A stretch of 59,943 bases of DNA, the filler included. It is 4 parts of 4 records of this genome, joined end to end, with 100 filler letters (N's around TTAATTAATTAA, not from the genome) between each part and the next. Parts side by side here need not be neighbours in the genome. Positions count along the whole stretch, not along the records: positions 18,605 to 35,320 come from DRR723986_5005; positions 35,421 to 52,737 come from DRR723986_5006; 2 more parts are not named here. One strand, given 5' to 3'. This document shows, in pieces, positions 27,734-38,607 of the stretch. Position 1 is the stretch's first letter. Every line of letters begins with the position of its first letter. The notes under the pieces were generated by a model, which saw nothing but the letters and a program-made list of their open reading frames with translations, ran no database searches and was not told the origin of the DNA. The position numbers and the translations under genes were made by a program.

Positions 27734-29644
27734 ATGGACGAGACAGGCTTTTCCGAAAGTGACGGCGGGCAGACGCCGGGGTTGATGGCGGATCAGGGCG
27801 CGGTGAAACCGGCGACCGACGATGGCGCTTACCGCGTTCTTGCGCGCAAGTACCGGCCGAAGACGTTTGAGGATCTGGTCGGCCAGGAGCCGATGGTGCA
27901 GACGCTGGAAAATGCGTTTGAAACCGGGCGGATTGCGCAGGCCTGGATGCTGACCGGGGTGCGCGGTGTCGGCAAGACCACCACCGCCCGCATCCTCGCT
28001 CGGGGCCTAAACTACGAAGTGCCGGGCGTTGCCGACAAGCCGACGGTGAAGCTCACCCAGGAAGGCACGCACTGCAAGGCCATCATGGAAGGCCGCCATG
28101 TCGACGTCATCGAGATGGACGCCGCCTCCCATACAGGCATCAACGACATTCGCGAAATCATCGATGCGGCCCGCTACCGCCCGGCAACGGCGCGCTACAA
28201 GGTCTACATCATCGACGAAGTGCACATGCTTTCGAACGCCGCCTTCAACGGTCTGCTGAAGACCCTGGAAGAGCCGCCGGAGCACGTGAAGTTCATCTTC
28301 GCGACGACGGAAATCCGCAAGGTGCCGATCACCGTCCTGTCGCGCTGCCAGCGTTTCGACCTGCGCCGGATCGAACAATCCAAGCTGATCGGTTTGCTGC
28401 GCCGGATCTCCGATGCCGAGGGCATCCAGATTTCCGACGAAGCCCTGATGCTGATTGCCCGCGCGGGGGAGGGGTCGGCACGCGATTCCCTGTCCCTGCT
28501 CGATCAGGCCATGGCCCATGGCGCCGGCGCCATCGAGGCGGAAGACCTGCGTCAGTTGCTGGGTCTTGCGGACCGTGCCCGGGTGATAGACCTCTTCGGC
28601 CACATCATGGCCGGACGGATCGAGGACGCCCTGGGCGAACTGCAGGCGCAATATGAGGTCGGTGCGGATCCGGCCATTGTGCTGACGGATCTGGCGGACT
28701 TCACGCACCTTGTCACGCGCATGAAGGTTGCGCCGAAGTCGGCTGACGAAGCGTCCGTGACCGAAGCTGAACGGGCGCGCGGCCGGGAGTTTGCAGAGCA
28801 GATTTCCGTTCGGCTTCTGTCCCGCGCCTGGCAGATCCTCTTGAAGGGTGTCCAGGAAGTTCAGTCCGCGTCCAAGCCACTGGCCGCTGCGGACATGGTG
28901 TTGGTGCGCCTTTCCTATGCCGCGGACCTGCCGGATCCGGGCGACCTGATGGCGCAGATCAAGAATGGCCAGAACCCGTTTGGCGGTGCGGCGCCATCTG
29001 GTGGTGGTGCAGCACCTGCCGGTGATGGCGGTGGTACATCCGCCATGGCTGTCGGCATGAACTACGCGCCCGGCAGTTCGGGCAGTGGTCCGACCATGCA
29101 GGCAAGCGCCCGCCCTCAGCTCTCGGCCATCCAGGGCGGCAGGCCTGCGCCTCAGGGAGTGCCGCAAGCCGCGCCCGAACCGCAGGCTCAGCCGGCGTAT
29201 AATCTCAAGAGCCTCTACGATTGCGCCGCCCTTGCCTCCGAGAAGGGCGACATTCCGTTCAAGGTCAAGATCCAGCGCCTCATGCGACTGGTGAAATTCG
29301 AGCCCGGCAAGATCGAGATCCAGCCGACGGACGACGCCCCGGCCGACATCGCCGGCGAGTTCGGCCGCAAACTGACCGAATGGACCGGACAGCGCTGGTT
29401 TGTCATGGTTTCCCGCAATCAGGGACGCCCGACCATCCACGAGGAGCAGGAGGCCAACCAGCAGCAACTCCTGTCCGACGCGAAGTCGCACCCCACCGTT
29501 GCCGCCCTGCTGGCGCAGTTCCCGGGTGCCCGTGTTGTCGACGTGAAGGTTCAGGTCACCGAAGAAGACGACGCTGCTCTGGCCGACCCGATGGTCAGCG
29601 ATCCGCTCCTGAGCGAAGCGCTCGGGGATGACGAAGACGATTGA
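27734..29644 (+). CDS. dnaX: DNA polymerase III subunit gamma/tau
   Basis: YRVLARKYRP, GVRGVGKTT, IIDEVHMLS, NGLLKTLEEPP, SRCQRFDL; start uncertain. Confidence 0.97.
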   Translation: MDETGFSESDGGQTPGLMADQGAVKPATDDGAYRVLARKYRPKTFEDLVGQEPMVQTLENAFETGRIAQAWMLTGVRGVGKTTTARILARGLNYEVPGVADKPTVKLTQEGTHCKAIMEGRHVDVIEMDAASHTGINDIREIIDAARYRPATARYKVYIIDEVHMLSNAAFNGLLKTLEEPPEHVKFIFATTEIRKVPITVLSRCQRFDLRRIEQSKLIGLLRRISDAEGIQISDEALMLIARAGEGSARDSLSLLDQAMAHGAGAIEAEDLRQLLGLADRARVIDLFGHIMAGRIEDALGELQAQYEVGADPAIVLTDLADFTHLVTRMKVAPKSADEASVTEAERARGREFAEQISVRLLSRAWQILLKGVQEVQSASKPLAAADMVLVRLSYAADLPDPGDLMAQIKNGQNPFGGAAPSGGGAAPAGDGGGTSAMAVGMNYAPGSSGSGPTMQASARPQLSAIQGGRPAPQGVPQAAPEPQAQPAYNLKSLYDCAALASEKGDIPFKVKIQRLMRLVKFEPGKIEIQPTDDAPADIAGEFGRKLTEWTGQRWFVMVSRNQGRPTIHEEQEANQQQLLSDAKSHPTVAALLAQFPGARVVDVKVQVTEEDDAALADPMVSDPLLSEALGDDEDD

Positions 29645-29733
29645 TCCGCGCTTCTTGTTCTTCTAAATGCAGTTCCCAGATAGGTAAGGTCGCGGAAATC
29701 CGCGCCATGTGAGGGTTTGGAAGGAGTCGTTCC

Positions 29734-30054
29734 ATGGATTTCCTCAAGATGATGAAACAGGCCAAGCAAATGCAGGAGCAGATGGGCTCGCTGCAGGAGC
29801 AGATCGTTGAGATCGAGGCCGAAGGCTCGGCCGGTGGCGGCCTGGTCACCGTACGTCTCAACGGCAAGAGCGATCTGAAGTCGCTGTCGATCGATCCGTC
29901 TCTTCTGAAGGAAGAGGAAAAGGAGATCCTCGAGGATCTGCTGATTGCTGCCCACACCGAAGCCCGTGCCAAGGTCGAGCAGGCAATTCAGGAAAAGACC
30001 CAGGAACTGATGGGTGGTCTGGGCCTGCCCGCCGGCATGAAACTGCCGTTCTGA
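29734..30054 (+). CDS. ybaB: YbaB/EbfC nucleoid-associated protein
   Basis: MMKQAKQMQ, EGSAGGGLVTV, LEDLLIAA, GMKLPF; between dnaX and recR. Confidence 0.95.
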   Translation: MDFLKMMKQAKQMQEQMGSLQEQIVEIEAEGSAGGGLVTVRLNGKSDLKSLSIDPSLLKEEEKEILEDLLIAAHTEARAKVEQAIQEKTQELMGGLGLPAGMKLPF

Positions 30055-30206
30055 TACCAACTGAAGCGCGTGGCGGCCGTAAGGGCCTCGCGCCATGCCT
30101 CGTAAGCCGGCCTCTTGGTTGCTTCCTGGAAATGAGGGGAGCGATCCGGCCGGTTTGACGCAGCAGGTCTTTCAGGTGGTCGTCAACGCGCGCTGAAGAG
30201 AAAACC

Positions 30207-30815
30207 ATGGCACAGAAAAGTGTGGCAGGACCGGAAATCGAACGGCTGATCCAGCTCCTGGCGAAATTGCCGGGGCTTGGCCCACGTTCGGCGCGCCGTG
30301 CCGCGCTGCATCTGATCAAGAAAAAGGATCAGCTGCTGGTACCGCTGGCGGACGCCATGGGCATTGCGGTTCGGGAAATCGGCATCTGCTCGACTTGTGG
30401 CACTGTCGATACGTCCGATCCCTGCACCATCTGTTCAGATCCGAAACGCGACCAGAGTGTTCTGGTGGTGGTCGAGGATGTTGCCGATCTGTGGGCGCTG
30501 GAACGTGCCGGCGCGGTCAATGCCCGGTATCACGTCCTGGGCGGTACCCTGTCGCCTCTCGACGGCATCGGCCCGGAGGATCTCAATCTCGCCTCGCTGA
30601 TCGACCGTTGCGGGTCGGAAGGCTTTTCGGAAGTCATTCTGGCGATCAACGCCACCGTCGAGGGGCAGACAACGGCCCACTACATCATGGACCAGCTGTC
30701 CCATCTTGAGGTCAATGTCACCCGCCTGGCCCATGGGGTGCCCGTCGGCGGCGAACTGGACTATCTGGACGAAGGCACGCTGGCGCAGGCGCTGCGCGCC
30801 CGGACGCGGTTCTAG
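30207..30815 (+). CDS. recR: Recombination mediator RecR
   Basis: [11 protein letters not shown] HhH, C4 zinc finger, [31 protein letters not shown]. Confidence 0.97.
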   Translation: MAQKSVAGPEIERLIQLLAKLPGLGPRSARRAALHLIKKKDQLLVPLADAMGIAVREIGICSTCGTVDTSDPCTICSDPKRDQSVLVVVEDVADLWALERAGAVNARYHVLGGTLSPLDGIGPEDLNLASLIDRCGSEGFSEVILAINATVEGQTTAHYIMDQLSHLEVNVTRLAHGVPVGGELDYLDEGTLAQALRARTRF

Positions 30816-30863
30816 AAACACGCTGGAAACCAGGCACCTGGCACACTGCCGAAACCGACAGCC

Positions 30864-31610
30864 TCACTTCTCATACAAAAACGCCGCGCAAAACAGATCG
30901 CCGGGAAACCGGAAGATCTCCCGGCTCGATGTAAAACCAGCTGTCTTGCCCATCGCCAACCAGTCTTCCGGGGTTTCGGGAAAGTCGTGCGTGCTGATGT
31001 GTGCCCAGAGGTGGTCATATTCGGCGTCGGTAAGTGAACGAAACCGGTGGCGCAGTTCTTCCTGCCAGCGGTGTGTGTAATCGGCTCGTGTTTCGCCGGG
31101 CAGGCACACAGGCTCCGCGCAGACGAAGAGGCCGCCCGGCTTGAGCGCGTTGCGGACCGCTGACAGCATTTCCAGCTTTTGCGCGCGCTGAAGATGATGG
31201 ATGGAATAACCGCACCAGATGAAATTGGCGCTGGCCGGACGGCTCACGATGCCCTCCACCATGTCCTCTTCGGCAAGTTCCACATCATACGGCACGTCCT
31301 TCATCACCCGGGCGGCGCATTGCAGCGCCGGGCGTGACAGGTCGAGGCCCTCGTAGGTCGCAACCTTGCTGTCCTGAAGCACCGTCTGCGCAAGACTGGC
31401 GTCGCCGCAGGCCAGATCCAGAAAAGCGAATGGCCTGTCAAAACGTCTGCCGATCTCGTCGCGCAAGAGCTGGCCGATTTCCCGGTGGTGCATTTCGTTG
31501 GCACGCACCAGCTTGTGATAGATGTTCCACTCGAACTGGAACATTTTCAGGGCTTCGGGTGCCAGCCCCTTGGTGATGTCGGTGTCGGGGGCAAAATGAA
31601 GATGCAGCAT
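30864..31610 (-). CDS. Class I SAM-dependent methyltransferase
   Basis: FLDLACGDA motif I, YSIHHL, LKPGG; start uncertain. Confidence 0.85.
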   Translation of the reverse strand: MLHLHFAPDTDITKGLAPEALKMFQFEWNIYHKLVRANEMHHREIGQLLRDEIGRRFDRPFAFLDLACGDASLAQTVLQDSKVATYEGLDLSRPALQCAARVMKDVPYDVELAEEDMVEGIVSRPASANFIWCGYSIHHLQRAQKLEMLSAVRNALKPGGLFVCAEPVCLPGETRADYTHRWQEELRHRFRSLTDAEYDHLWAHISTHDFPETPEDWLAMGKTAGFTSSREIFRFPGDLFCAAFLYEK

Positions 31611-31793
31611 CGTGCGGTCCGAACCTGGGGTGTAAAGTACCGGCAACGAACAACCGTCTAGCAAACTCTAGTTTCAGAAGCTGGAATTCACAACATTAAG
31701 TTTAGTTTTCGGGCAGCTATCGTCCGCGGGCTTGCACATGATCGGCGCTGCACTTATGTCGAGGCGGTCGTTCACGAGAAATTTGAAGGTGTC

Positions 31794-32474
31794 ATGTTCC
31801 AAGCTGCTTCCCGCGCCATGTCCGAGGTGTTCGAACCGCCGTTCCGGGCAATTTTCTGGAAGATGCTTGGCTTTACACTTGGCGTGCTGGTGGTCATCTG
31901 GATCGCCCTTCAGGGCGTGATCGCCGCCTTCGTCGCGCTGCCCTATGCCTGGATGGACACGGCAATTTCCGTTCTGACGGGCATTGGCGCAATATTCGTA
32001 CTCGGCTTCCTGATTGCGCCTATTTCAGCGCTTTTTGCCGGCCTCTTTCAAGACGAGATCGCGGATATCGTCGACAAGAAGGACTATCCGCACGACCAGC
32101 CGGGCCGCGCACTGCCGCTGTCGCAGTCGATCGTGCAGACCATAAAGTTCACCGGCGTCGTGATTTTGGGCAACCTGTTTGCCCTGGTGCTGCTGCTTGT
32201 GCCCGGTGTCAATCTGGTCGCCTTCTTCATCGTGAACGGTTACCTGCTCGGCCGGGAATTCTTCGAATTCGCCGCCATGCGTTTCCTTCCGGCGGCCGAG
32301 GCGAAGGCATTCCGCAAGGCGCGGGGCGGAACCGTTTTTCTCGGTGGTCTCATCATCGCCGGCTTGCTTGCCGTGCCGATTCTCAACCTGGTGACGCCGA
32401 TCTTTGCGACCATCTTCATGCTGCATCTTTTCAAGCTGCTGGCAGCGCAGCGGCAGAATGTGGCGCGCGCCTGA
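31794..32474 (+). CDS. CysZ/EI24-family membrane protein
   Basis: Multiple TMs; NGYLLGREFFEFAAMR and VPILNLVTP motifs. Confidence 0.82.
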   Translation: MFQAASRAMSEVFEPPFRAIFWKMLGFTLGVLVVIWIALQGVIAAFVALPYAWMDTAISVLTGIGAIFVLGFLIAPISALFAGLFQDEIADIVDKKDYPHDQPGRALPLSQSIVQTIKFTGVVILGNLFALVLLLVPGVNLVAFFIVNGYLLGREFFEFAAMRFLPAAEAKAFRKARGGTVFLGGLIIAGLLAVPILNLVTPIFATIFMLHLFKLLAAQRQNVARA

Positions 32475-32604
32475 AGACTGTCTCGCTCTTGCGGGGCGGG
32501 AGACGGTACCCTGCAATTGAGGCTGCCAGGATGGCGTCACGTCACCCGACACTTGCATATCCCATGGCAATCTGACCAAGTGCCCCTCCGAACCGGAGGA
32601 GCAC

Positions 32605-33540
32605 ATGCAGGAATTGCTGACGGAAATCGCGGAAACCGCTGCGGCCAATCCCGACAAAGGCAATGTCGCGACCTATATTCCCGAACTGGCAGGCATCGAT
32701 CCCAACCAGTTCGGCATAGCCGTCGCCCTGGCCGATGGCAGGGTATTCACAGCCGGCAATGCCGATGTGCCGTTCTCCATCCAGTCCGTCTCCAAGATTT
32801 TTGCCCTTGCTCTGGCGCTCGGCCGGGTCGGAGATCAGCTCTGGTACAGGGTTGGGCGCGAACCCTCCGGGCTTTCCTTCGATTCGATCCTGCTTCTGGA
32901 GCGGGAAGATGGCATTCCCCGCAATCCGTTCATTAATGCCGGTGCGCTGGTGACGACGGATACCTATCTGGCCGGATCAACGCCACGGGAAGCTCTGGGC
33001 GAATTGCTGCGCTTTATTCGCGCCGCCTGCGACGACGACAGCATCCACATGAACGAGAAGGTCGCGAAGTCGGAACTGGCCACCGGGCACCGCAATTTCT
33101 CGCTTGCCCATTATCTGGCGTCCTACGGCAACCTGCGGGCTTCCGTCGACAAGGTGCTTGGCACCTACTGCCATCAATGCGCCATTGAAATGTCCTGCCG
33201 GCAGCTTGCGCTTGCCGGCCGCTTTCTGGTGGATGCGCCCCGGATGCCGGGCCTTGTTTCGATCGAGCGCCGGAGGCGGATCAATGCCCTCATGATGACT
33301 TGTGGCCATTACGACGGTTCGGGCGATTTCGCCTTTCGTGTCGGCATGCCGGGCAAAAGTGGTGTCGGCGGCGGCATTCTCGTGATTTCACCAAGTCGGG
33401 CGTCGATCGCCGTCTGGTCGCCGGGTCTCAACAAGTACGGCAATTCCAAGCTGGGCACGGAAGCAATGGAGCATTTTGCTCACAAAACCGGCTGGTCGGT
33501 GTTCGGCGTTCCCCACGGGGGCGAAGGGGCTCACGTTTAG
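32605..33540 (+). CDS. glsA: Glutaminase
   Basis: [17 protein letters not shown] catalytic Sxx[35 protein letters not shown]. Confidence 0.95.
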   Translation: MQELLTEIAETAAANPDKGNVATYIPELAGIDPNQFGIAVALADGRVFTAGNADVPFSIQSVSKIFALALALGRVGDQLWYRVGREPSGLSFDSILLLEREDGIPRNPFINAGALVTTDTYLAGSTPREALGELLRFIRAACDDDSIHMNEKVAKSELATGHRNFSLAHYLASYGNLRASVDKVLGTYCHQCAIEMSCRQLALAGRFLVDAPRMPGLVSIERRRRINALMMTCGHYDGSGDFAFRVGMPGKSGVGGGILVISPSRASIAVWSPGLNKYGNSKLGTEAMEHFAHKTGWSVFGVPHGGEGAHV

Positions 33541-33612
33541 GTCACTTTCTGTCACCGGATGAATTTAAACGATATAGAAGTAGTTTCCTTGCAATTAGGC
33601 CTATAGGATATT

Positions 33613-33688
33613 TTGACCTTTTGAAGCGTTGGCGCTATTACGCACCTAGACAACGCTTTGATTTGCTTACGTTTGCGTAAACGTAAAC
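33613..33688 (+). promoter_or_regulatory. Putative sdh promoter with downstream LiuR-like palindrome
   Basis: TTGACC-N17-TATTAC (33613-33641); TTACGTTT-gcgt-AAACGTAA perfect inverted repeat (33667-33686). Confidence 0.6.
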
Positions 33689-33817
33689 TGGGGTGAGGTG
33701 AGTTGAGGTTGGGTCGTTTGGCCAGAAGGCTGCGCCGGTTCGTCCGGGGTCGGAACCAGGTTCAAACGGGTCATCTTAAGCGCATTTCGCTCTAGCGTCG
33801 TACGGGAGAGGAATTCC

Positions 33818-34216
33818 ATGTCGAACGCCGATCTGCGGGGCAACCGCCCGCTGTCGCCCCATCTTCAGATTTACAAGCCCATTCTGACGATGGTCATGTC
33901 GATTCTGCACCGCATCACTGGCGCGGCGCTCTATTTCGGCACTGTCCTGCTGGCCTGGTGGCTGATCGCCGCTGCGGCGGGCCCCAGCTACTTCGATTTC
34001 GTCAACGGCATCTACGGCTCGATCATCGGCCGTCTGATCCTGTTCGGCTTCACCTGGGCGCTTGTGCATCACATGCTCGGCGGCCTGCGCCACTTCATCT
34101 GGGACATGGGTGCGGGCTTCGGCAAGGAAGCGCGCGAGTGGCTCGCCAAGGCGACCATCATCGGGTCCGTTGCCGTCACGCTGATCCTCTGGATCATCGG
34201 CTACGCGGTTCGCTAA
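33818..34216 (+). CDS. sdhC: Succinate dehydrogenase cytochrome b556 subunit
   Basis: [28 protein letters not shown]. Confidence 0.97.
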   Translation: MSNADLRGNRPLSPHLQIYKPILTMVMSILHRITGAALYFGTVLLAWWLIAAAAGPSYFDFVNGIYGSIIGRLILFGFTWALVHHMLGGLRHFIWDMGAGFGKEAREWLAKATIIGSVAVTLILWIIGYAVR

Positions 34217-34226
34217 GGAGAGTGTC

Positions 34227-34610
34227 ATGACAGATATGCGCACGCCCCTGAACAAGGTACGCGGCCTTGGCTCTGCCAAGGAAGGCACCGATCACTTCTG
34301 GAAGCAGCGTCTGACAGCTGTCGCCAACGTGTTCCTGATCTCGTTCTTCGTGATCCTGGTGATCGCGATGCAGGGCTCCTCCCACGGCGACGTGGTCGAG
34401 ACCCTCAAGAACCCGCTCGTTTCGATCATCCTGCTCCTGGTTATCCTCTCCGGCGTCTATCACATGAAGCTCGGCATGCAGGTGATCATCGAAGACTATG
34501 TGCATGGCGAAGGCATCAAGTTCCTCACGTTGATGGCGAACACCTTCTTCTGCGCCTTTATCGGTTTCGGCTGCGTCTTCGCAGTGCTCAAGATTGGCTT
34601 TGGAGGCTGA
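34227..34610 (+). CDS. sdhD: Succinate dehydrogenase hydrophobic anchor
   Basis: [29 protein letters not shown]. Confidence 0.96.
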   Translation: MTDMRTPLNKVRGLGSAKEGTDHFWKQRLTAVANVFLISFFVILVIAMQGSSHGDVVETLKNPLVSIILLLVILSGVYHMKLGMQVIIEDYVHGEGIKFLTLMANTFFCAFIGFGCVFAVLKIGFGG

Positions 34611-34615
34611 CCCGA

Positions 34616-35320
34616 ATGGCCAAGACCTATGAATTTGTCGACCACACCTATGATGTGGTGGTCGTCGGCGCCGGTGGCGCAGGCCTGCGGGCCACGCTCG
34701 GCATGGCCGAGCAGGGCCTGAGAACGGCCTGCATCACCAAGGTGTTTCCGACCCGCTCCCACACCGTTGCTGCCCAGGGCGGCATCGCCGCGTCGCTCAA
34801 GAACATGACGCCGGACTGCTGGGAATGGCACATGTACGACACGGTGAAGGGGTCCGACTGGCTCGGTGACACCGACGCCATGGAATACCTGGCCCGTGAA
34901 GCGCCAAAGGCGGTCTACGAACTGGAACACTATGGTGTGCCGTTCTCCCGGACCGAAGACGGCCGTATCTATCAGCGCCCGTTTGGCGGTCACATGCAGA
35001 ACTACGGCGAAGGCCCTCCCGTGCAACGCACTTGCGCTGCAGCCGACCGGACCGGACACGCCATCCTGCATACGCTGTACGGCCAGTCCCTGCGCAACAA
35101 TGCCGAATTCTACATCGAGTATTTCGCACTCGACCTGATCATGTCCGAAGACGGCGTGTGCCAGGGCGTGATCGCGTGGAACCTCGATGACGGCACCATG
35201 CACCGCTTTGCCGCCAAGATGGTGGTTCTGGCGACCGGCGGTTACGGCCGCGCCTTTTTCTCGGCAACCTCCGCCCACACCTGCACCGGTGACGGCGGCG
35301 GCATGGTGGCCCGTGCGGGC
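34616..35320 (+). CDS. sdhA: Succinate dehydrogenase flavoprotein, 3'-truncated
   Basis: [19 protein letters not shown]-histidine motif, ADRTGH, LATGG. Confidence 0.97.
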
Positions 35321-35420
35321 NNNNNNNNNNNNNNNNNNNNNNNNNNNNNNNNNNNNNNNNNNNNTTAATTAATTAANNNNNNNNNNNNNNNNNNNNNNNN
35401 NNNNNNNNNNNNNNNNNNNN
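35321..35420. other. Artificial contig linker
   Basis: N44-TTAATTAATTAA-N44. Confidence 0.98.
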
Positions 35421-36128
35421 ACCGAACTGATGCTGGCCGACATTGAAAGCATCGAAAAGCGGTTGCAGAACATCGTACGCAAGGTGCGCGGCGGCGACAA
35501 AGAGGCTGTTCAGCAAGAACGCCTGTTGCGTCAGGCGCTCGCAATGCTCGAAGACGGCAAGCCCGCGCGTTTGATCGAAGTTGACGAAGAAGATGCCAAA
35601 GCATGGAAAATGCTGCAGCTTCTGACAACCAAGCCAGTTCTGTACGTGTGTAACGTCGGTGAATCCGAGGCCGCAGAGGGCAACGGGCATTCCGCCAAGG
35701 TCGCAGAAATGGCCGCGGCTCAAGGCAACTCGCACGTCATCATCTCAGCGCAGATCGAAGAAGAGATCAGCCAGTTGGAAGATGACGAAGCCGAAATGTT
35801 CCTGACTGAGATGGGCCTCGAAGAGGCAGGCCTCGATCGTTTGATCCGGGCAGGTTATGAGCTGCTTCATCTCGAAACCTATTTCACCGTCGGTCCGAAA
35901 GAGGCGCGCGCCTGGACTATCAAATCAGGCACCGCCGGGCCACAGGCGGCTGGCGTCATCCACGGTGATTTCGAACGCGGCTTTATCCGTGCAGAAACCA
36001 TCGCCTATGACGACTACATCGCCCACAATGGCGAACAGGGTTCAAAAGAAGCGGGCAAAATGCGCGCAGAGGGCAAGTCGTACATCGTCAAAGACGGCGA
36101 CGTCCTTCACTTCTTGTTCAACACCTAA
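35421..36128 (+). CDS. ychF: Redox-regulated ATPase YchF, 5'-truncated
   Basis: TELMLAD, LLTTKP, TYFTVGPKEARAWTI, IHGDFERGFIRAE, EGKSYIVKDGD. Confidence 0.96.
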   Translation, partial: TELMLADIESIEKRLQNIVRKVRGGDKEAVQQERLLRQALAMLEDGKPARLIEVDEEDAKAWKMLQLLTTKPVLYVCNVGESEAAEGNGHSAKVAEMAAAQGNSHVIISAQIEEEISQLEDDEAEMFLTEMGLEEAGLDRLIRAGYELLHLETYFTVGPKEARAWTIKSGTAGPQAAGVIHGDFERGFIRAETIAYDDYIAHNGEQGSKEAGKMRAEGKSYIVKDGDVLHFLFNT

Positions 36129-36146
36129 GCCAAAGCGCGCTCTGAT

Positions 36147-36401
36147 TTAACGGCGCCCGGATTCGAAGTTTCGCTCGACCGGGCCGCCATATTCAGGGCG
36201 CACAAGCTTTTGATAAGAACGCCCAGCCTGCCCATCGGGCAGATGCGGCCAGTTCGACCAGCGCGGATCCGTATCAGGGACATGCGCTTCTTTTTCAATC
36301 TTTTGGTCTTTTGGATCTACTTTCCCGGTCGCCGTTGCGACTTGCGGTAGGATCAGCAGTGCAATTCCTATGCTGGATGCTACATATCTCGGTAATGTCA
36401 T
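36147..36401 (-). CDS. Small hypothetical exported protein
   Basis: 84 aa with signal-peptide-like N-terminus ending ATA; GGAGG upstream on minus strand. Confidence 0.55.
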   Translation of the reverse strand: MTLPRYVASSIGIALLILPQVATATGKVDPKDQKIEKEAHVPDTDPRWSNWPHLPDGQAGRSYQKLVRPEYGGPVERNFESGRR

Positions 36402-36692
36402 TTTCTAACGCCTCCAGAGGGCTTTTAGGGCCTGTTGATTGGGTGGGTCTGAGGAAAATCCGACAGAAACAGACTGCGCTTCAGATCGAAATAGATCAAC
36501 TCACCCTGCTTCACCCCTTCGTGATCCACCCTCAGCGCGCCGGCTAGTAAGTTTTGCTGATATGCTCTGCGGTTGAGATAATGTCTTTTTGTCGCCCCCA
36601 AATCTGATCAAAAGAAAAACCTTGGACGAATCAACCCTCTGACGTAAACGGCGCTTCCACACAGCCTTTTACTCAGCAGCAGGTCCACCTTA

Positions 36693-38582
36693 TTGAAACA
36701 CTCTCACGACGCACCGCATTCCGTTTATGGCGTGGACAAATGGGGCAAGGGCCTCATCGTGGTGACGGACGAGGGTGAGATTGGCCTGACCAACCCACTG
36801 GCGCCCGAGGCCCCGGTGATCAGCCTGCCCAGTATCCTGCACGATCTGGACGAACGCGGCATCAAATCCCCGATGATCCTGCGGGTCAGCTCGTATTTGG
36901 AAAACGAGATAGCCCATATCAACGAAAGCTTTGCCGACGCCATCGCGCGCGTGGGCTACAAAGGCAGCTATCGTGGTGTCTTTCCGATCAAGGTCAACCA
37001 GCAGGCGCAGGTGATCGACCGGATCGTCGAGTTTGGGCACAAGTTCAACTACGGGCTTGAGGCGGGCTCCAAGCCAGAGCTGGTGATAGCACTGGCGCAC
37101 CGGCTGGCCAAAGAGGCGCTGATTGTGTGCAACGGCGTTAAGGATGCCGAATTCATCCAACTGGCGATCTTGTCCCGCAGGCTGGGCTTTAACACAGTGA
37201 TCGTGTTGGAAAGCCCGAAAGAGGCCGACACTGTCATCGAAGTTTATCGTGAACTGGGCATCGAACCGTTGTTGGGCGTGCGGGTCAAATTGACCAACCA
37301 GATCAGTGGCAAATGGGAGGAAAGCTCGGGCGACCGATCTGCCTTTGGTATGAACACCGATCAACTGGTGGCCGTCGTTGATAAGCTGCGTGATGCGGGT
37401 CTGATCCAGTGTCTGAAGCTACAGCACTCGCATTTGGGGTCTCAGGTGCAGGATGTGAACGATGTGCGCCGCGCCGTGGGCGAGGCCTGTCGGTACTATA
37501 CCGAACTGACCGCCGAGGGCGTGCCCCTGACCCATCTGGATTTGGGCGGCGGCATGGGGGTGGATTACACCGGCGAAAAGAAAGCTGCCGAAAATTCAAT
37601 CAACTACACGGTTGAAGAATACTGTGCCAATGTCGTCGAAACGGTGGCCTATGCCATGGACGAGGATAAGGTGGCACACCCAACCTTAGTCACGGAAAGT
37701 GGCCGCGCCGTGGTCGCGACCTCGTCGATGCTGGTGTTCAACGTGTTGGAGTGCACACTGTATGATGCGCCAACAGCACCGGATGCAGATCCCGACGACC
37801 ATCACCTTGTTTCGGATCTTGCGGCTGTGCGCGGATACCTGAAGCCCGACCGGTTGCAGGAATGCTGGAACGACGCGAATTTCTATCGCAACGAACTGCG
37901 CGCCCTGTTTCGTCGTGGCTATGTGGATCTGCGCCAAATGGCGCGGGCCGAACGCATTTATCTGAACCTGATGGCCCGTGTCAAAGCGCTGGTTGCGGCG
38001 CAAGATGGCGAAACGGATGTGGACGATCAGCTGGAAAAGCTGGCCGACATCTATCATTGCAACTTTTCCCTATTCCAATCGCTGCCAGATGTCTGGGCGA
38101 TTGACCAGTTGCACCCCATCGTGCCGTTGCAGATGTTGAACCAGACCCCGGATCGCCGCGCGGTCCTGTCGGATATCACCTGCGATAGCGATGGTAAGGT
38201 CGATAAATTCATTCTGGCCGATGGTGTATCGCCGTCCCTACCGGTGCATTCCCTGCCCGAAGACGAGACCTATTATCTGGGTGTGTTCTTTGTCGGGGCC
38301 TATCAGGAAACGCTGGGCGATCTGCACAATCTCTTTGGCGACACCAATGTGGTGACCATTGATCTGCGCGCAGACGGTGGGTTTGACCTGTTGCACGAGC
38401 AAGAGGGCGACACGATCTCTCAGGTGCTATCATACGTTGAATTTGACCCGACGGATTGCGTCGCGGCATTCCGCAAACTGGTTGATGGCGCGATTTCGGC
38501 TGGAACACTCAAAGCTAGCGAACGCAAGCTGATCATTGGGGCTTATCGCGACAGCATCAATGGCTATACTTACTACGAATAA
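36693..38582 (+). CDS. speA: Biosynthetic arginine decarboxylase
   Basis: VFPIKVNQ PLP lysine, GLEAGSKPEL, CNGVKD, HLGSQ, TESGRA, FQSLPD.W, TCDSDG, GAYQE.LG.LHNLFG; TTG start. Confidence 0.95.
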   Translation: MKHSHDAPHSVYGVDKWGKGLIVVTDEGEIGLTNPLAPEAPVISLPSILHDLDERGIKSPMILRVSSYLENEIAHINESFADAIARVGYKGSYRGVFPIKVNQQAQVIDRIVEFGHKFNYGLEAGSKPELVIALAHRLAKEALIVCNGVKDAEFIQLAILSRRLGFNTVIVLESPKEADTVIEVYRELGIEPLLGVRVKLTNQISGKWEESSGDRSAFGMNTDQLVAVVDKLRDAGLIQCLKLQHSHLGSQVQDVNDVRRAVGEACRYYTELTAEGVPLTHLDLGGGMGVDYTGEKKAAENSINYTVEEYCANVVETVAYAMDEDKVAHPTLVTESGRAVVATSSMLVFNVLECTLYDAPTAPDADPDDHHLVSDLAAVRGYLKPDRLQECWNDANFYRNELRALFRRGYVDLRQMARAERIYLNLMARVKALVAAQDGETDVDDQLEKLADIYHCNFSLFQSLPDVWAIDQLHPIVPLQMLNQTPDRRAVLSDITCDSDGKVDKFILADGVSPSLPVHSLPEDETYYLGVFFVGAYQETLGDLHNLFGDTNVVTIDLRADGGFDLLHEQEGDTISQVLSYVEFDPTDCVAAFRKLVDGAISAGTLKASERKLIIGAYRDSINGYTYYE

Positions 38583-38607
38583 TACCCCACCCAGAGGAGA
38601 TTTGCGC

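Noticed and set aside
28900-29300. dnaX gamma-subunit frameshift signal
   Set aside because: No A AAA AAG or long A run seen; the region is a Gly/Pro/Ala linker
30055-30206. Possible structured RNA between ybaB and recR
   Set aside because: Only short imperfect GC-rich stems, no recognisable motif or second copy
36402-36692. Riboswitch or leader peptide upstream of speA
   Set aside because: No recognisable aptamer, terminator or Arg-rich leader ORF
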